Source: Dehalococcoidia bacterium (lineage in GTDB: Bacteria > Chloroflexota > Dehalococcoidia > GIF9 > AB-539-J10). Taken from it: a stretch of DNA of 51,753 nt. A model generated the notes under the pieces. The model worked only from the letters and a program-made list of their open reading frames with translations. It did not search any database and had not been told where the DNA came from. Location: assembly GCA_023229725.1 (NCBI GenBank), contig JALNYR010000002.1, forward strand, positions 1-51,753, written 5' to 3'. Numbering within the stretch: the stretch's first letter is position 1; every line of letters starts with the position of its first letter. This document shows positions 43,968-51,753 of the stretch, one piece after another. The translations under genes and the position numbers were made by a program.

Positions 43968-45116
43968 ATGACCAAGCGACCACTGCACCTGGTACTGGCA
44001 CTGCTGATGGTGCTCGGCCTCACGGTACTGGCCTGCGCACCTGAGGCGACGCCGACCACGCCGACGACACCCACGTCGCCGACAACACCAACAACACCAA
44101 CGACGCCCACGACGCCGACGCAGCCGGCTGCGAAGGTGTACAAGTACGTATGGCAGGACATCAGCCCGTCCGGGGCAGCCATCTACATCGTGCTGCAGCA
44201 ATTGGTCGACAAGGTCCGCGTGGCCTCCGGTGGCCGGCTGGACATCACCCTCTATCCGGAGGGCGCCATCACCCCGAGAGACGAGTCCACACCCGCAGTG
44301 AAGGACCGCGGCCTCGACATGGCGACGAACGCGGCATCCATGGACCTGAACCGCATGGGCCCGACCATGTACCTCATGGGAGGTTCAGGGACGCCTGCCG
44401 GCCCGTCCACGGCTGACCTCATCGCCTGGATACGGCAGGGCGACGGCCTTCAGGTCATGCGCGACGTCTACAAGGACTGGGGCATCGTCCTGGGCGGCGA
44501 CCCCGGGGCGCCGGAGCTGTTTGCGCATTCCAAGAAACCCCTGACCAAGGCATCCGACTTCAAGGGACTGAAGTTCCGCACGCTGGGACTGTGGGGCGAA
44601 ATCCTGGCCGACTACGGCGCCTCCGTGGTGCAGATACCCGGCGGCGAGCTGTACCAGGCGGTTGAGCGCGGCGTCATCGATGCGTTCGAGCTGGGCCCGC
44701 CCAGCTACAACTGGCCGCTGGGCTTCCAGGAGATCATGGACTACATCGGTGTGCCCGGCATCCAGTCTCCCGGCTACATCAACGTCATCCTGATGAACCA
44801 CGCAGCCTGGAACGAGCTGCCCGCCGACCTCCAGGGCCTGCTCATGGACGAGATAATGGCAATGGAGTACTACGGCCAGCTTCAGACGAAGAAGGCTGAC
44901 GCGGAGGCCATGGCCAAGTTCATCGCCTATGGCACCAAGATCTTCGAGGTTGAAGAGGCCTTCCAGGCGGACATCGCTGCCCGGAGCCGTGCGAAGATGG
45001 AGAAGTACTCGGGAACGGACGCAACGTTCAAGATGGTGCTGGAGCACCAGACGAACTTCTTCCGCACCTGGCACTCCCTGAAGGGCATCGAACCGGCCTA
45101 CACGCTGTTCGACTAG
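43968..45116 (+). CDS. TRAP transporter substrate-binding lipoprotein (DctP family) with Thr/Pro linker
   Basis: AGGAGGAGGAGA precedes the ATG. Lipobox LTVLAC, then PEATPTTPTTPTSPTTPTTPTTPTTPTQP, then a DctP-like body (...FKGLKFRT...GGELYQAVERGVIDA...). Confidence 0.85.
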   Translation: MTKRPLHLVLALLMVLGLTVLACAPEATPTTPTTPTSPTTPTTPTTPTTPTQPAAKVYKYVWQDISPSGAAIYIVLQQLVDKVRVASGGRLDITLYPEGAITPRDESTPAVKDRGLDMATNAASMDLNRMGPTMYLMGGSGTPAGPSTADLIAWIRQGDGLQVMRDVYKDWGIVLGGDPGAPELFAHSKKPLTKASDFKGLKFRTLGLWGEILADYGASVVQIPGGELYQAVERGVIDAFELGPPSYNWPLGFQEIMDYIGVPGIQSPGYINVILMNHAAWNELPADLQGLLMDEIMAMEYYGQLQTKKADAEAMAKFIAYGTKIFEVEEAFQADIAARSRAKMEKYSGTDATFKMVLEHQTNFFRTWHSLKGIEPAYTLFD

Positions 45117-45199
45117 TCGTCGCGAGCCAGGCATCGTTCAGCCGGCAGCCGCGGGTGACCGCGCCCGCGGCTGCCGGAGCCATGTGAGGAGAAGATGGT

Positions 45200-45721
45200 A
45201 TGACGGTTCTGAAGAAGGTGTACGACACGGTCGGACGCCTGAGCGAGTGGTCCGGTCGCATCGTCTCGGTTGCCATACCTGCCCTCGTCATCGTCATCAC
45301 GTTCGACGTGTTCATGCGCTACGTGTTCAACAACCCCACGAACTGGGCATACGAGCTCAGCTACATGCTCGGAACGGCGACCATCTCACTGGGGCTTCCG
45401 TACGTGCACTACCACTCCTCTCATGTCCGCGTGGATGTCGTCTATTCGCGCCTTTCCCCGATGGCCAGGCTCGTGCTCGACATCGTGCTGACCGTACTGC
45501 TCTTCTTCCCGCTGGTGTTCATGTGGACGAAGGTGTTCGGGGCAAACGCGTGGCAGTCGTTCCTGACACACGAGACCTCATACGACAGCCTCTGGTACCC
45601 CCTCCTCTGGCCGTTCAAAACCATCATCGTCCTCGGATTCTTCCTGCTGCTCCTCCAGGGCGCCGCAACGTTCATGCGTGACGTCGCCAGGCTTCTGAAG
45701 GGAGGACGCGAGCCATGGTAG
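45200..45721 (+). CDS. TRAP transporter small permease (DctQ family)
   Basis: A four-TM 173-aa protein between the DctP and DctM genes. Confidence 0.8.
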   Translation: MTVLKKVYDTVGRLSEWSGRIVSVAIPALVIVITFDVFMRYVFNNPTNWAYELSYMLGTATISLGLPYVHYHSSHVRVDVVYSRLSPMARLVLDIVLTVLLFFPLVFMWTKVFGANAWQSFLTHETSYDSLWYPLLWPFKTIIVLGFFLLLLQGAATFMRDVARLLKGGREPW

Positions 45722-47055
45722 ACATGAGTCCGGAACTGGTGACCATCGTCATGTTCGGGTTGGCGACGGTCGGCATCCTCATCGGCTTCCCGCTGGTCTT
45801 CGTCCTCGGCACGGTCGCGATGCTGGTCGGAACGCTTGCCCTCGGGGCGTCGGGCGCCTGGAGCCTGTTCTACGCGCGCATCTGGGACATGATGTCGAAC
45901 TACGTCTTTCTCGCCGTTCCCATGTTCGTCTTCATGGGGATGATGGTCGAGAAATCCGGCGCAGCGGACAGGCTGTACGCCGGGCTTCACCTCGCGTTCG
46001 GACCGTTCCGCGGTGGACTTGCCATCGCCACCATCCTCATGGGCACGATTCTTGCGGCCTGCGTCGGCGTCATCGCCGCGTCGGTCATCATGATTGCCCT
46101 TATCGCTACCCCGAGCATGCTGCAACGCGGCTACAACAAGGAGCTGGTCTGCGGCTGCGTCTGCGCGGGGGGAACGCTCGGCATCCTCATCCCGCCCAGC
46201 CTGATGCTCGTCGTCTACGGCCCCATGGCCGAGATATCGGTGGGCAAGCTCTTCATGGGAGCATTCGGGCCGGGATTCCTGCTCTCGGGTCTCTACATGG
46301 TGTACGTCGCCATCCGGGCGTGGCTGCGGCCTGAGGATGCGCCGCCGATGCCTCTTGAGGAGCGGCAGGTCTCAATGACACACCGGCTGCATGTGCTCGT
46401 CACCGGCATGCTGCCCCCGCTGTTTCTCATGTTCAGCGTTCTGGGCGCCATATTCTTCGGCATTGCCGCCGCAACCGAGGCAGCTGCCGTCGGCGCGCTC
46501 GCCGCGGTAGCGCTCACGTTCTTCTATCGGCGGCTCACCTGGCCCGTGATGCGCGACTGCATGCTCGAAACGATGCGCATCACGTCGATGGCCCTGGTCA
46601 TCGGCTGGAGCGCGCAGATGTTCGTAGGCGTCTTCCTGAGGCTCGGCGGAGGAGAGGTCATCCAGGACGTCCTGCTCGCGATGCCCGGAGGAAAATGGGG
46701 CACGTTCTTCGCCGTGCAGTTCATCATCTTCGCCCTGGGATTCCTCATCGACTGGATCGGCATCGTTTTCATCATGGTGCCGCTCGTCTCGCCGCTCGCT
46801 CCCGTGCTCGGCTTTGACCCCCTCTGGTTTGCGATGATGATTGTGGTGAACCTGCAGATGTCCTTCATGACACCGCCGATGGCGTACGCCATCTTCTATC
46901 TGAAGGGGATTGCGAAGCCGGAGTGGAACATAGACACGGGACACATCATTCGAGGCGTGACACCATTTGTCGGCATCATCGTCATCGCTCTCATACTCTG
47001 TATCCTGTTCCCCGACATCATCCTGTGGCTACCTCACCAGATGATAAAGTTCTAG
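45715..47055 (+). CDS. TRAP transporter large permease (DctM family)
   Basis: A 446-aa polytopic DctM-like protein. Its start overlaps the end of the DctQ gene. Confidence 0.9.
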   Translation: MVDMSPELVTIVMFGLATVGILIGFPLVFVLGTVAMLVGTLALGASGAWSLFYARIWDMMSNYVFLAVPMFVFMGMMVEKSGAADRLYAGLHLAFGPFRGGLAIATILMGTILAACVGVIAASVIMIALIATPSMLQRGYNKELVCGCVCAGGTLGILIPPSLMLVVYGPMAEISVGKLFMGAFGPGFLLSGLYMVYVAIRAWLRPEDAPPMPLEERQVSMTHRLHVLVTGMLPPLFLMFSVLGAIFFGIAAATEAAAVGALAAVALTFFYRRLTWPVMRDCMLETMRITSMALVIGWSAQMFVGVFLRLGGGEVIQDVLLAMPGGKWGTFFAVQFIIFALGFLIDWIGIVFIMVPLVSPLAPVLGFDPLWFAMMIVVNLQMSFMTPPMAYAIFYLKGIAKPEWNIDTGHIIRGVTPFVGIIVIALILCILFPDIILWLPHQMIKF

Positions 47056-47136
47056 AATATGCAGCCGGGCTGGCGGACGACCGGTGGCATTGCATCTCGA
47101 TGCCGCCGTCTTTCGCCGGAAGGAGAGGACAACACC

Positions 47137-47760
47137 ATGGAACAGAAGGACAACGCCCTGAAGAAGGCGTACGACCTCGGATTCGAGTACGAGAAGCAGT
47201 ACGGCGGCTGCGGCCAGTGCGTTATGGCCGCGCTCCAGGATACGCTGGACATGCCGAATCCCTCCCTGTTCAAGTCGCTCAGCGGTTACGCCGGCGGCGG
47301 AGCAACCGTCGGCGACGGCAGCTGCGGGGCATACGTCGCGGGCATCCTCTTCCTCGGTACCCTGCGGGGGCGGGAGAGAGACAACTTCGCCGACCCGGAG
47401 AGAATCCGGTTCACAGCCTTCGCGACCGCGCGCAGGCTGCACCAGAAGTTCATCGACGAGTTCGGCAGCATCATCTGCCGCGAGATGCAGATGAAGCTGT
47501 TCGGCCGGCCCTACTATCTGCCTGACCCGGATGAGATGAAGAAGTTCCTCGCGGCCGGCGGTCACACGACCCACTGTCCGGACGTCTGCGGCAAGGCGGC
47601 GCAGTGGGCCATCGAGGTGGCTCGCGAAGAGGGCCTCATCCCGGAAGAGAAGAAGACCGCGGCGTCCGCGAAGAAGGTCGCAGCGCCGGCGAAGAAGGTC
47701 GCAGCGCCGGCGAAGAAGGCGGCTGCGCCCGCAAAGAAGGCGAAGGAGCCCGGAAAGTAG
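47137..47760 (+). CDS. C_GCAxxG_C_C-family putative redox-active protein with Ala/Lys-rich repeat tail
   Basis: ATG 47137 follows AGGAGAGGACAACACC. GGCGQCVMAAL, GSCGAYVAG, and ...HCPDVCGKAA match the family cysteine pattern as I recall it. The C-terminal tail is AKKVAAPAKKVAAPAKKAAAPAKKAKEPGK. Confidence 0.7.
   Translation: MEQKDNALKKAYDLGFEYEKQYGGCGQCVMAALQDTLDMPNPSLFKSLSGYAGGGATVGDGSCGAYVAGILFLGTLRGRERDNFADPERIRFTAFATARRLHQKFIDEFGSIICREMQMKLFGRPYYLPDPDEMKKFLAAGGHTTHCPDVCGKAAQWAIEVAREEGLIPEEKKTAASAKKVAAPAKKVAAPAKKAAAPAKKAKEPGK
47668..47751 (+). repeat. 4 x 21-bp in-frame tandem repeat (AKKxAAP heptads)
   Basis: GCGAAGAAGGTCGCAGCGCCG occurs twice exactly, followed by two diverged copies. 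The repeat encodes the tail of the C_GCAxxG_C_C protein. Confidence 0.9.
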
Positions 47761-47761
47761 C

Positions 47762-48715
47762 ATGGGCACCAACCTCATCACCGGCGGCTTCGGCTTCATC
47801 GGCCAGCATCTGATGAACCTCTTGCGCGAGCAGGGCGAAGAAGTCGCCATCTTCGACGTCGTGGGCGCGTCCCGGTTCGGCGCCGCCCCCGAAGGCGTGA
47901 AGGTCTTCCGGGGCGACGTCTGCAACTGGGCGCAGGTTCTCGACGCCGTCAAGGAAAGCGGCGCGGAGTGCATCTTCCACGCCGGGGCCATCCTGCCGCC
48001 GGTGAGCGAGCAGAGCCCGCAGGCAGCCTTCTCCATCAATGTGACGGGCACGTTCAATGTGCTCGAGGCGGCGCGACTGTTCGGGGTGAAGCAGGTCATA
48101 CTGCTCAGCACGCTCGCCACGTTCGGGCGCGACGTGCCCAGGATCGTGCCCAACGACGTGGCACAGCACCCACCCAGCATGTACGGCACCACCAAGGTCT
48201 GCGCCGAGAGACTCGGCGAGTACTACCACCGCAGGTTCGGCATCGATTTTCGCGGCGTGCGTCTCACGCCGCTCATGGGCATGGGACGATTCGATACGGC
48301 CCAGAGCGCCTACATCTATCGCGCCGTGCAGGACGCGGTGCTCGGCAAACCCTACGCCATCTACGTAGCGCCCGAAACACCCATTTCCGTCACCTACGTC
48401 AAGGATGCGGCGTGGGGTCTTCTGGACTTGAAGAACGCGCCACAAGACAAGCTGACTCGACGCGTGTACAATCTGTTCGGTTTTCTCGCCACCGGTGGCG
48501 AGCTGGCCGAGGTCGTGAAGCAAGTGATTCCGGAAGCACAGCTGGAGTTCAAACCAGACCCGAAGATGATTGAGCTGGTGATGAACCTGCCGGAGCGACT
48601 TGACGACACACTCGCCCGCCATGACTGGGGCTGGAACCTCCGCTATGACCTGGAGCGCTCCGTCCGCGACATGGTCGCGGACATCCGGAAACACAGGCAC
48701 GTGTACGAGCAGTGA
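47762..48715 (+). CDS. NAD-dependent epimerase/dehydratase (extended SDR)
   Basis: LITGGFGFIGQHL Rossmann motif and the YxxxK pair (MYGTTKV). Confidence 0.85.
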   Translation: MGTNLITGGFGFIGQHLMNLLREQGEEVAIFDVVGASRFGAAPEGVKVFRGDVCNWAQVLDAVKESGAECIFHAGAILPPVSEQSPQAAFSINVTGTFNVLEAARLFGVKQVILLSTLATFGRDVPRIVPNDVAQHPPSMYGTTKVCAERLGEYYHRRFGIDFRGVRLTPLMGMGRFDTAQSAYIYRAVQDAVLGKPYAIYVAPETPISVTYVKDAAWGLLDLKNAPQDKLTRRVYNLFGFLATGGELAEVVKQVIPEAQLEFKPDPKMIELVMNLPERLDDTLARHDWGWNLRYDLERSVRDMVADIRKHRHVYEQ

Positions 48716-48862
48716 GCGAGCACGACTACCCGGCGGAACTGCCGGACGAAACCGACCCCGAAGATCAGGGTGCGCCTGAGATGCACACTCCGCATGCTCC
48801 GTCCAGGGGGGTCCAGCGACCACGCCGCGAGGACCTGTTCGATGAGGACGAAGGGGGAGTCG

Positions 48863-49840
48863 ATGGCGAAGGTCTATATCTGCAGGAACTTCTTTCCGGA
48901 CGTTCTCGAGAGGCTGAAGAGCGTCCACGACCTCAAGGTATGGGACGGCCACGCGGAGACGCCTCACGACGTGCTGCTGCGCGAGATGAAGGACGTCGAA
49001 GGGCTCGTTCCCGTGGGGAACAGGATTTCGAGAGACGTGTTCGAGGCGGCGCCGAAGCTGCGGGTGGTCAGCAATATGGGGGACGGATGCGACCATATCG
49101 ACCTGCAGGAAGCAACGCGCCGGGGAATACCGGTCGGCCATACGCCCAACGTACTGACCGAGACGACCGCCGACCTGGCTATGGGACTCCTTATCGCAGC
49201 GGCCCGGCGGATAGTCGAGGGCCAGGCTTTCGCCCGGGACGGCCGATGGACGGCGCACGCCCATCTGGACCTTCCGGGAGTGGACGTGAACAACAAGACA
49301 CTCGGAATAGTGGGCCTGGGCCATATCGGTTCCCACGTAGCGAAGCGCGCCCGGGCTTTCAACATGCGCGTCCTCTACCACAACAGGAACCGCGTCGCGA
49401 ATATGGAAACGCTCCTGGGAGTGGAGTACCGCGCGAAGCTCCACGACCTGCTGGCGGAATCGGATTTCGTCGTCCTGACCCTGCCCCTCAACGACCGGAC
49501 ACGGAACTTGATAGGGCGCGAAGAATTCGCCGTGATGAAGCCAACGGCGATACTGGTGAACGTCGCCCGTGGCCCGATCGTCGATGACGGGGCGCTCTAT
49601 GAAGCGCTGAAGGAAGGCCGCATCCTCAGGGCGGCCATCGACGTGACGAGCACGGAACCGCTGCCGCTCGACAGCCCCCTCTTCACCCTGGACAACATCG
49701 TCCTCATGCCGCACATCGGGAGCGCGGTGCCGGAGACGCGCAAGAAGATGTGGACTCTGGCAATCGAACAGCTCCTGATGGGGCTGCGGGGCGAGCGCAT
49801 TCCGAACTGCATCAACCGCCAGGTGTACGACCGCGCGTAG
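48863..49840 (+). CDS. D-isomer-specific 2-hydroxyacid dehydrogenase (glyoxylate/hydroxypyruvate reductase-like)
   Basis: ...LGIVGLGHIGSHVAKRA..., ...ILVNVARGPIVDD..., ...MPHIGSA.... ATG 48863 is preceded by GGGGGAG. Confidence 0.88.
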   Translation: MAKVYICRNFFPDVLERLKSVHDLKVWDGHAETPHDVLLREMKDVEGLVPVGNRISRDVFEAAPKLRVVSNMGDGCDHIDLQEATRRGIPVGHTPNVLTETTADLAMGLLIAAARRIVEGQAFARDGRWTAHAHLDLPGVDVNNKTLGIVGLGHIGSHVAKRARAFNMRVLYHNRNRVANMETLLGVEYRAKLHDLLAESDFVVLTLPLNDRTRNLIGREEFAVMKPTAILVNVARGPIVDDGALYEALKEGRILRAAIDVTSTEPLPLDSPLFTLDNIVLMPHIGSAVPETRKKMWTLAIEQLLMGLRGERIPNCINRQVYDRA

Positions 49841-49866
49841 TCGTGCCCGGCTGAAGGCAAACAGAA

Positions 49867-49895
49867 GGGCGGGACGCCTCGGAGGTGTCCCGCCC
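49867..49895. terminator. bidirectional terminator-like hairpin between convergent genes
   Basis: GGGCGGGAC-gcctcggaggt-GTCCCGCCC. A T-rich tract follows on the minus strand (TTCTGTTTGCC), and a weaker one on the plus strand. Confidence 0.6.
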
Positions 49896-49929
49896 TCGTC
49901 ATTCTGGAGCGGTTGCCGTGCGTCAGTGC

Positions 49930-51150
49930 CTAGACGTACGGCACCATGGAGTAGCGCCCCCGGGCCACGTCTATCCGGCCGAGCTGCGCGCCGCCCTCCC
50001 ACAACTGCATTATCTTGCAGTCGCGAAGATACTTCTCGATGTGGTAGTCCTTCATGTACCCGTAGGAGCCCGTGAGCTCCATCGCCATGTTGCAGTTCTT
50101 CAGCGCGACCTCGCAGGCATACACTTTGGCCCCCGTGGCGCGGGCTATCTGTTCGTCAGAATACGGCGGCCCGTACGTCTTCCGGTTGTCGAACATGCCT
50201 GCAACCGTCAGATAGTAGAAGCGGGCGCTCTCGACGCCAATCATCATGTCCGCGAGCATCGCCGCCTGGAGCGAGTGCTGCCGCACCTGCTTGCCTCCGT
50301 AGTACCGCCGTCCCGTGAACTCCATGGCGATGTCGAGCACGGCCTGCGCCACGCCGACCGCAAACGCGGCACTCGAAATCCTGCCCCAGGACAGGAAGTT
50401 GCGGAAGCTCTCGTAATCCTTGCCTGTCTGCATCGAGGCGCGGTACTCCTTCGGAACCCGCACGTCGTCCAGGTAGATGGACGCATTCACGTCGGTGAAC
50501 CGCATGCCCATCTTGTTCTCCGGCTTGCTGAACGAGAGGCCCGGCGTGTCCGCCGGCACGTAGATGAGCGCGATGCCCTCTTCGGCAAGGTCCGGGTCGG
50601 TGGTGCAGGTCACCAGGTACACGTCGGCAACGCTTGCGCCGCTCGGGAACTGCTTGGAGCCGTTGATGACCCACTGGTCGCCCTCGAGTCGAGCCCGCGT
50701 GTGAATCGCCTTGCCGCGGTACTCGGCGCTCTCGATGTTGCAGCCGCCCTCGGGCTCCGTCATCGCCTGGCACGCTTCAACGAACGTGTCGCCGCAGTAC
50801 GGCCGGCACAGGTCTCCAAGCACACGCTCGTTATGCGACCTCATGGCCGGTCCGAAGACCCACGCCGGAACGCTCATGGTCATGGCGATGCCGCAATCCC
50901 CTCTCGCGACTTCTTCGTAGCCCACGGTGAGCGACACAGCGCTGCTCCTCAACCCTCCGAGTACCTCCGGCAGTCCGCGCTTGTGCAGGCCCAGGGAGGC
51001 CAGCCCGTCCAGCACGCGGTGCACCTGCTGCCGGTCTTCGTCCACGTCGAGTTGCTGCCGCACAGGCAGGATCTCGTCCCTGACGAACTCCCGAAGGGCT
51101 GCAATCATCATGCGGTCCTCTTCGGTCACGAAGTCGCCGTACTCCTTCAC
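49930..51150 (-). CDS. acyl-CoA dehydrogenase family protein
   Basis: GTG start at 51150 preceded by GGAGGTG. ...QAMTEPEGGCN..., ...GRISSAAFAVGVAQAVLD..., ...TGSYGYMKDYHIEKYLRDCKIMQLWEGGAQL.... Confidence 0.88.
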   Translation of the reverse strand: MKEYGDFVTEEDRMMIAALREFVRDEILPVRQQLDVDEDRQQVHRVLDGLASLGLHKRGLPEVLGGLRSSAVSLTVGYEEVARGDCGIAMTMSVPAWVFGPAMRSHNERVLGDLCRPYCGDTFVEACQAMTEPEGGCNIESAEYRGKAIHTRARLEGDQWVINGSKQFPSGASVADVYLVTCTTDPDLAEEGIALIYVPADTPGLSFSKPENKMGMRFTDVNASIYLDDVRVPKEYRASMQTGKDYESFRNFLSWGRISSAAFAVGVAQAVLDIAMEFTGRRYYGGKQVRQHSLQAAMLADMMIGVESARFYYLTVAGMFDNRKTYGPPYSDEQIARATGAKVYACEVALKNCNMAMELTGSYGYMKDYHIEKYLRDCKIMQLWEGGAQLGRIDVARGRYSMVPYV

Positions 51151-51192
51151 GCCGTCACCTCCGTCTCGTTCTGTTCCGCCGAAAGGTCGGAA

Positions 51193-51747
51193 TTACCCCT
51201 GGTCGCCGAGCGCCGCCGCAATCTCCATGGCGCGTTCAGCCACCTGCAGCGCCTTCTCGCGCGTTCCGGGAATGGCTGCCGTGAGGTACGCCGCCTTCTC
51301 GGCGGCCGCCGCGGCCTCCGCGGGAGCCGCAATGCCGAGCACCGCCGCCATCGCGGCCGGGACCGTGATGTTCACGATGGTATGCGGGGAGAGGGCGAAC
51401 TCCGCGACGGGGAGACACGCGAGGCCGACTACCGCGGCCATCTCCTTGTTTCCTTCGAGCACGGCCTGCGGGATGCAGTTCTGCGCCAGGCCGATGAGCT
51501 CGGTCTTCTTTCCTCCCACGGTGACGTCGAGGTCGACATCCATGTCGAACACCCACCAGTTGCCGCGCATGCCCTTCTTGTGATGCCGCGGGGCCACCTT
51601 CTTCACATCGAAGGCGACCTCCTTGCCCAGCATGCGTGTGAGTATGGCCGCGGACCCGTGCTCGACGCGCGCCTTGCGCTCAAGCTCCAGTCCGAGGACC
51701 GTCTCCTGGATGCTCTTTCCCGACCTCAACCACTCGTACGATTTCAT
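51193..51747 (-). CDS. hypothetical protein
   Basis: A 184-aa ORF with neighbour-like codon bias, sitting 42 nt upstream of the ACAD gene. I recognised no family. Its upstream region is cut by the window edge. Confidence 0.5.
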   Translation of the reverse strand: MKSYEWLRSGKSIQETVLGLELERKARVEHGSAAILTRMLGKEVAFDVKKVAPRHHKKGMRGNWWVFDMDVDLDVTVGGKKTELIGLAQNCIPQAVLEGNKEMAAVVGLACLPVAEFALSPHTIVNITVPAAMAAVLGIAAPAEAAAAAEKAAYLTAAIPGTREKALQVAERAMEIAAALGDQG

Positions 51748-51753
51748 GGCGCG

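Overview
This is a GC-rich bacterial chromosomal segment. Gene content, and solute-binding lipoproteins tethered by Thr/Pro linkers, suggest a monoderm, Chloroflexota-like organism; that taxon call is inference only. I can support about 42 protein-coding genes.

Gene content, left to right:
- an acyl-CoA dehydrogenase
- an isolated winged-helix gene resembling phage replication organizers
- a ~1035-aa Pmp-repeat/CARDB surface protein
- a Fur - methyltransferase - five-gene Opp/Dpp-type ABC importer block
- a Rieske protein, an orphan GAF histidine kinase, and an ATP-grasp gene broken at a homopolymer
- DUF3467, DUF4349-PKD and a second methyltransferase
- mgtE, the primary sigma factor, TatD and an MFS transporter
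- a TRAP-linked catabolic island: FAH, PreA-like, GntR, OYE-like, a large flavoprotein, SDR and an IlvD/Edd dehydratase
- a second island: FrhB-like + IorAB, a second TRAP system, a C_GCAxxG_C_C protein, an epimerase, a 2-hydroxyacid dehydrogenase and an acyl-CoA dehydrogenase

I recognised no rRNA, tRNA, CRISPR array, transposase or integrase.

The unusual content is mostly non-coding:
1. At least 16 copies of a REP/BIME-like element. It is a GC hairpin between conserved flanks (CCGGATGGCGGG ... CCCCTAC, which is a GTAG head on the other strand). The stems differ between copies but stay complementary. One locus carries a 3 x 73-bp tandem array.
2. Arrays of (A/G)TGGAC on a 9-bp (once 10-bp) phase at four loci. 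Two have a '4 forward + 2 inverted' architecture and bracket the winged-helix gene.
3. Near-consensus promoters followed by about 200-nt leaders upstream of mgtE and the FrhB-like gene, and a promoter-plus-terminator unit upstream of the sigma factor gene.

All functional assignments come from reading the translated ORFs for family motifs. No database search was run.
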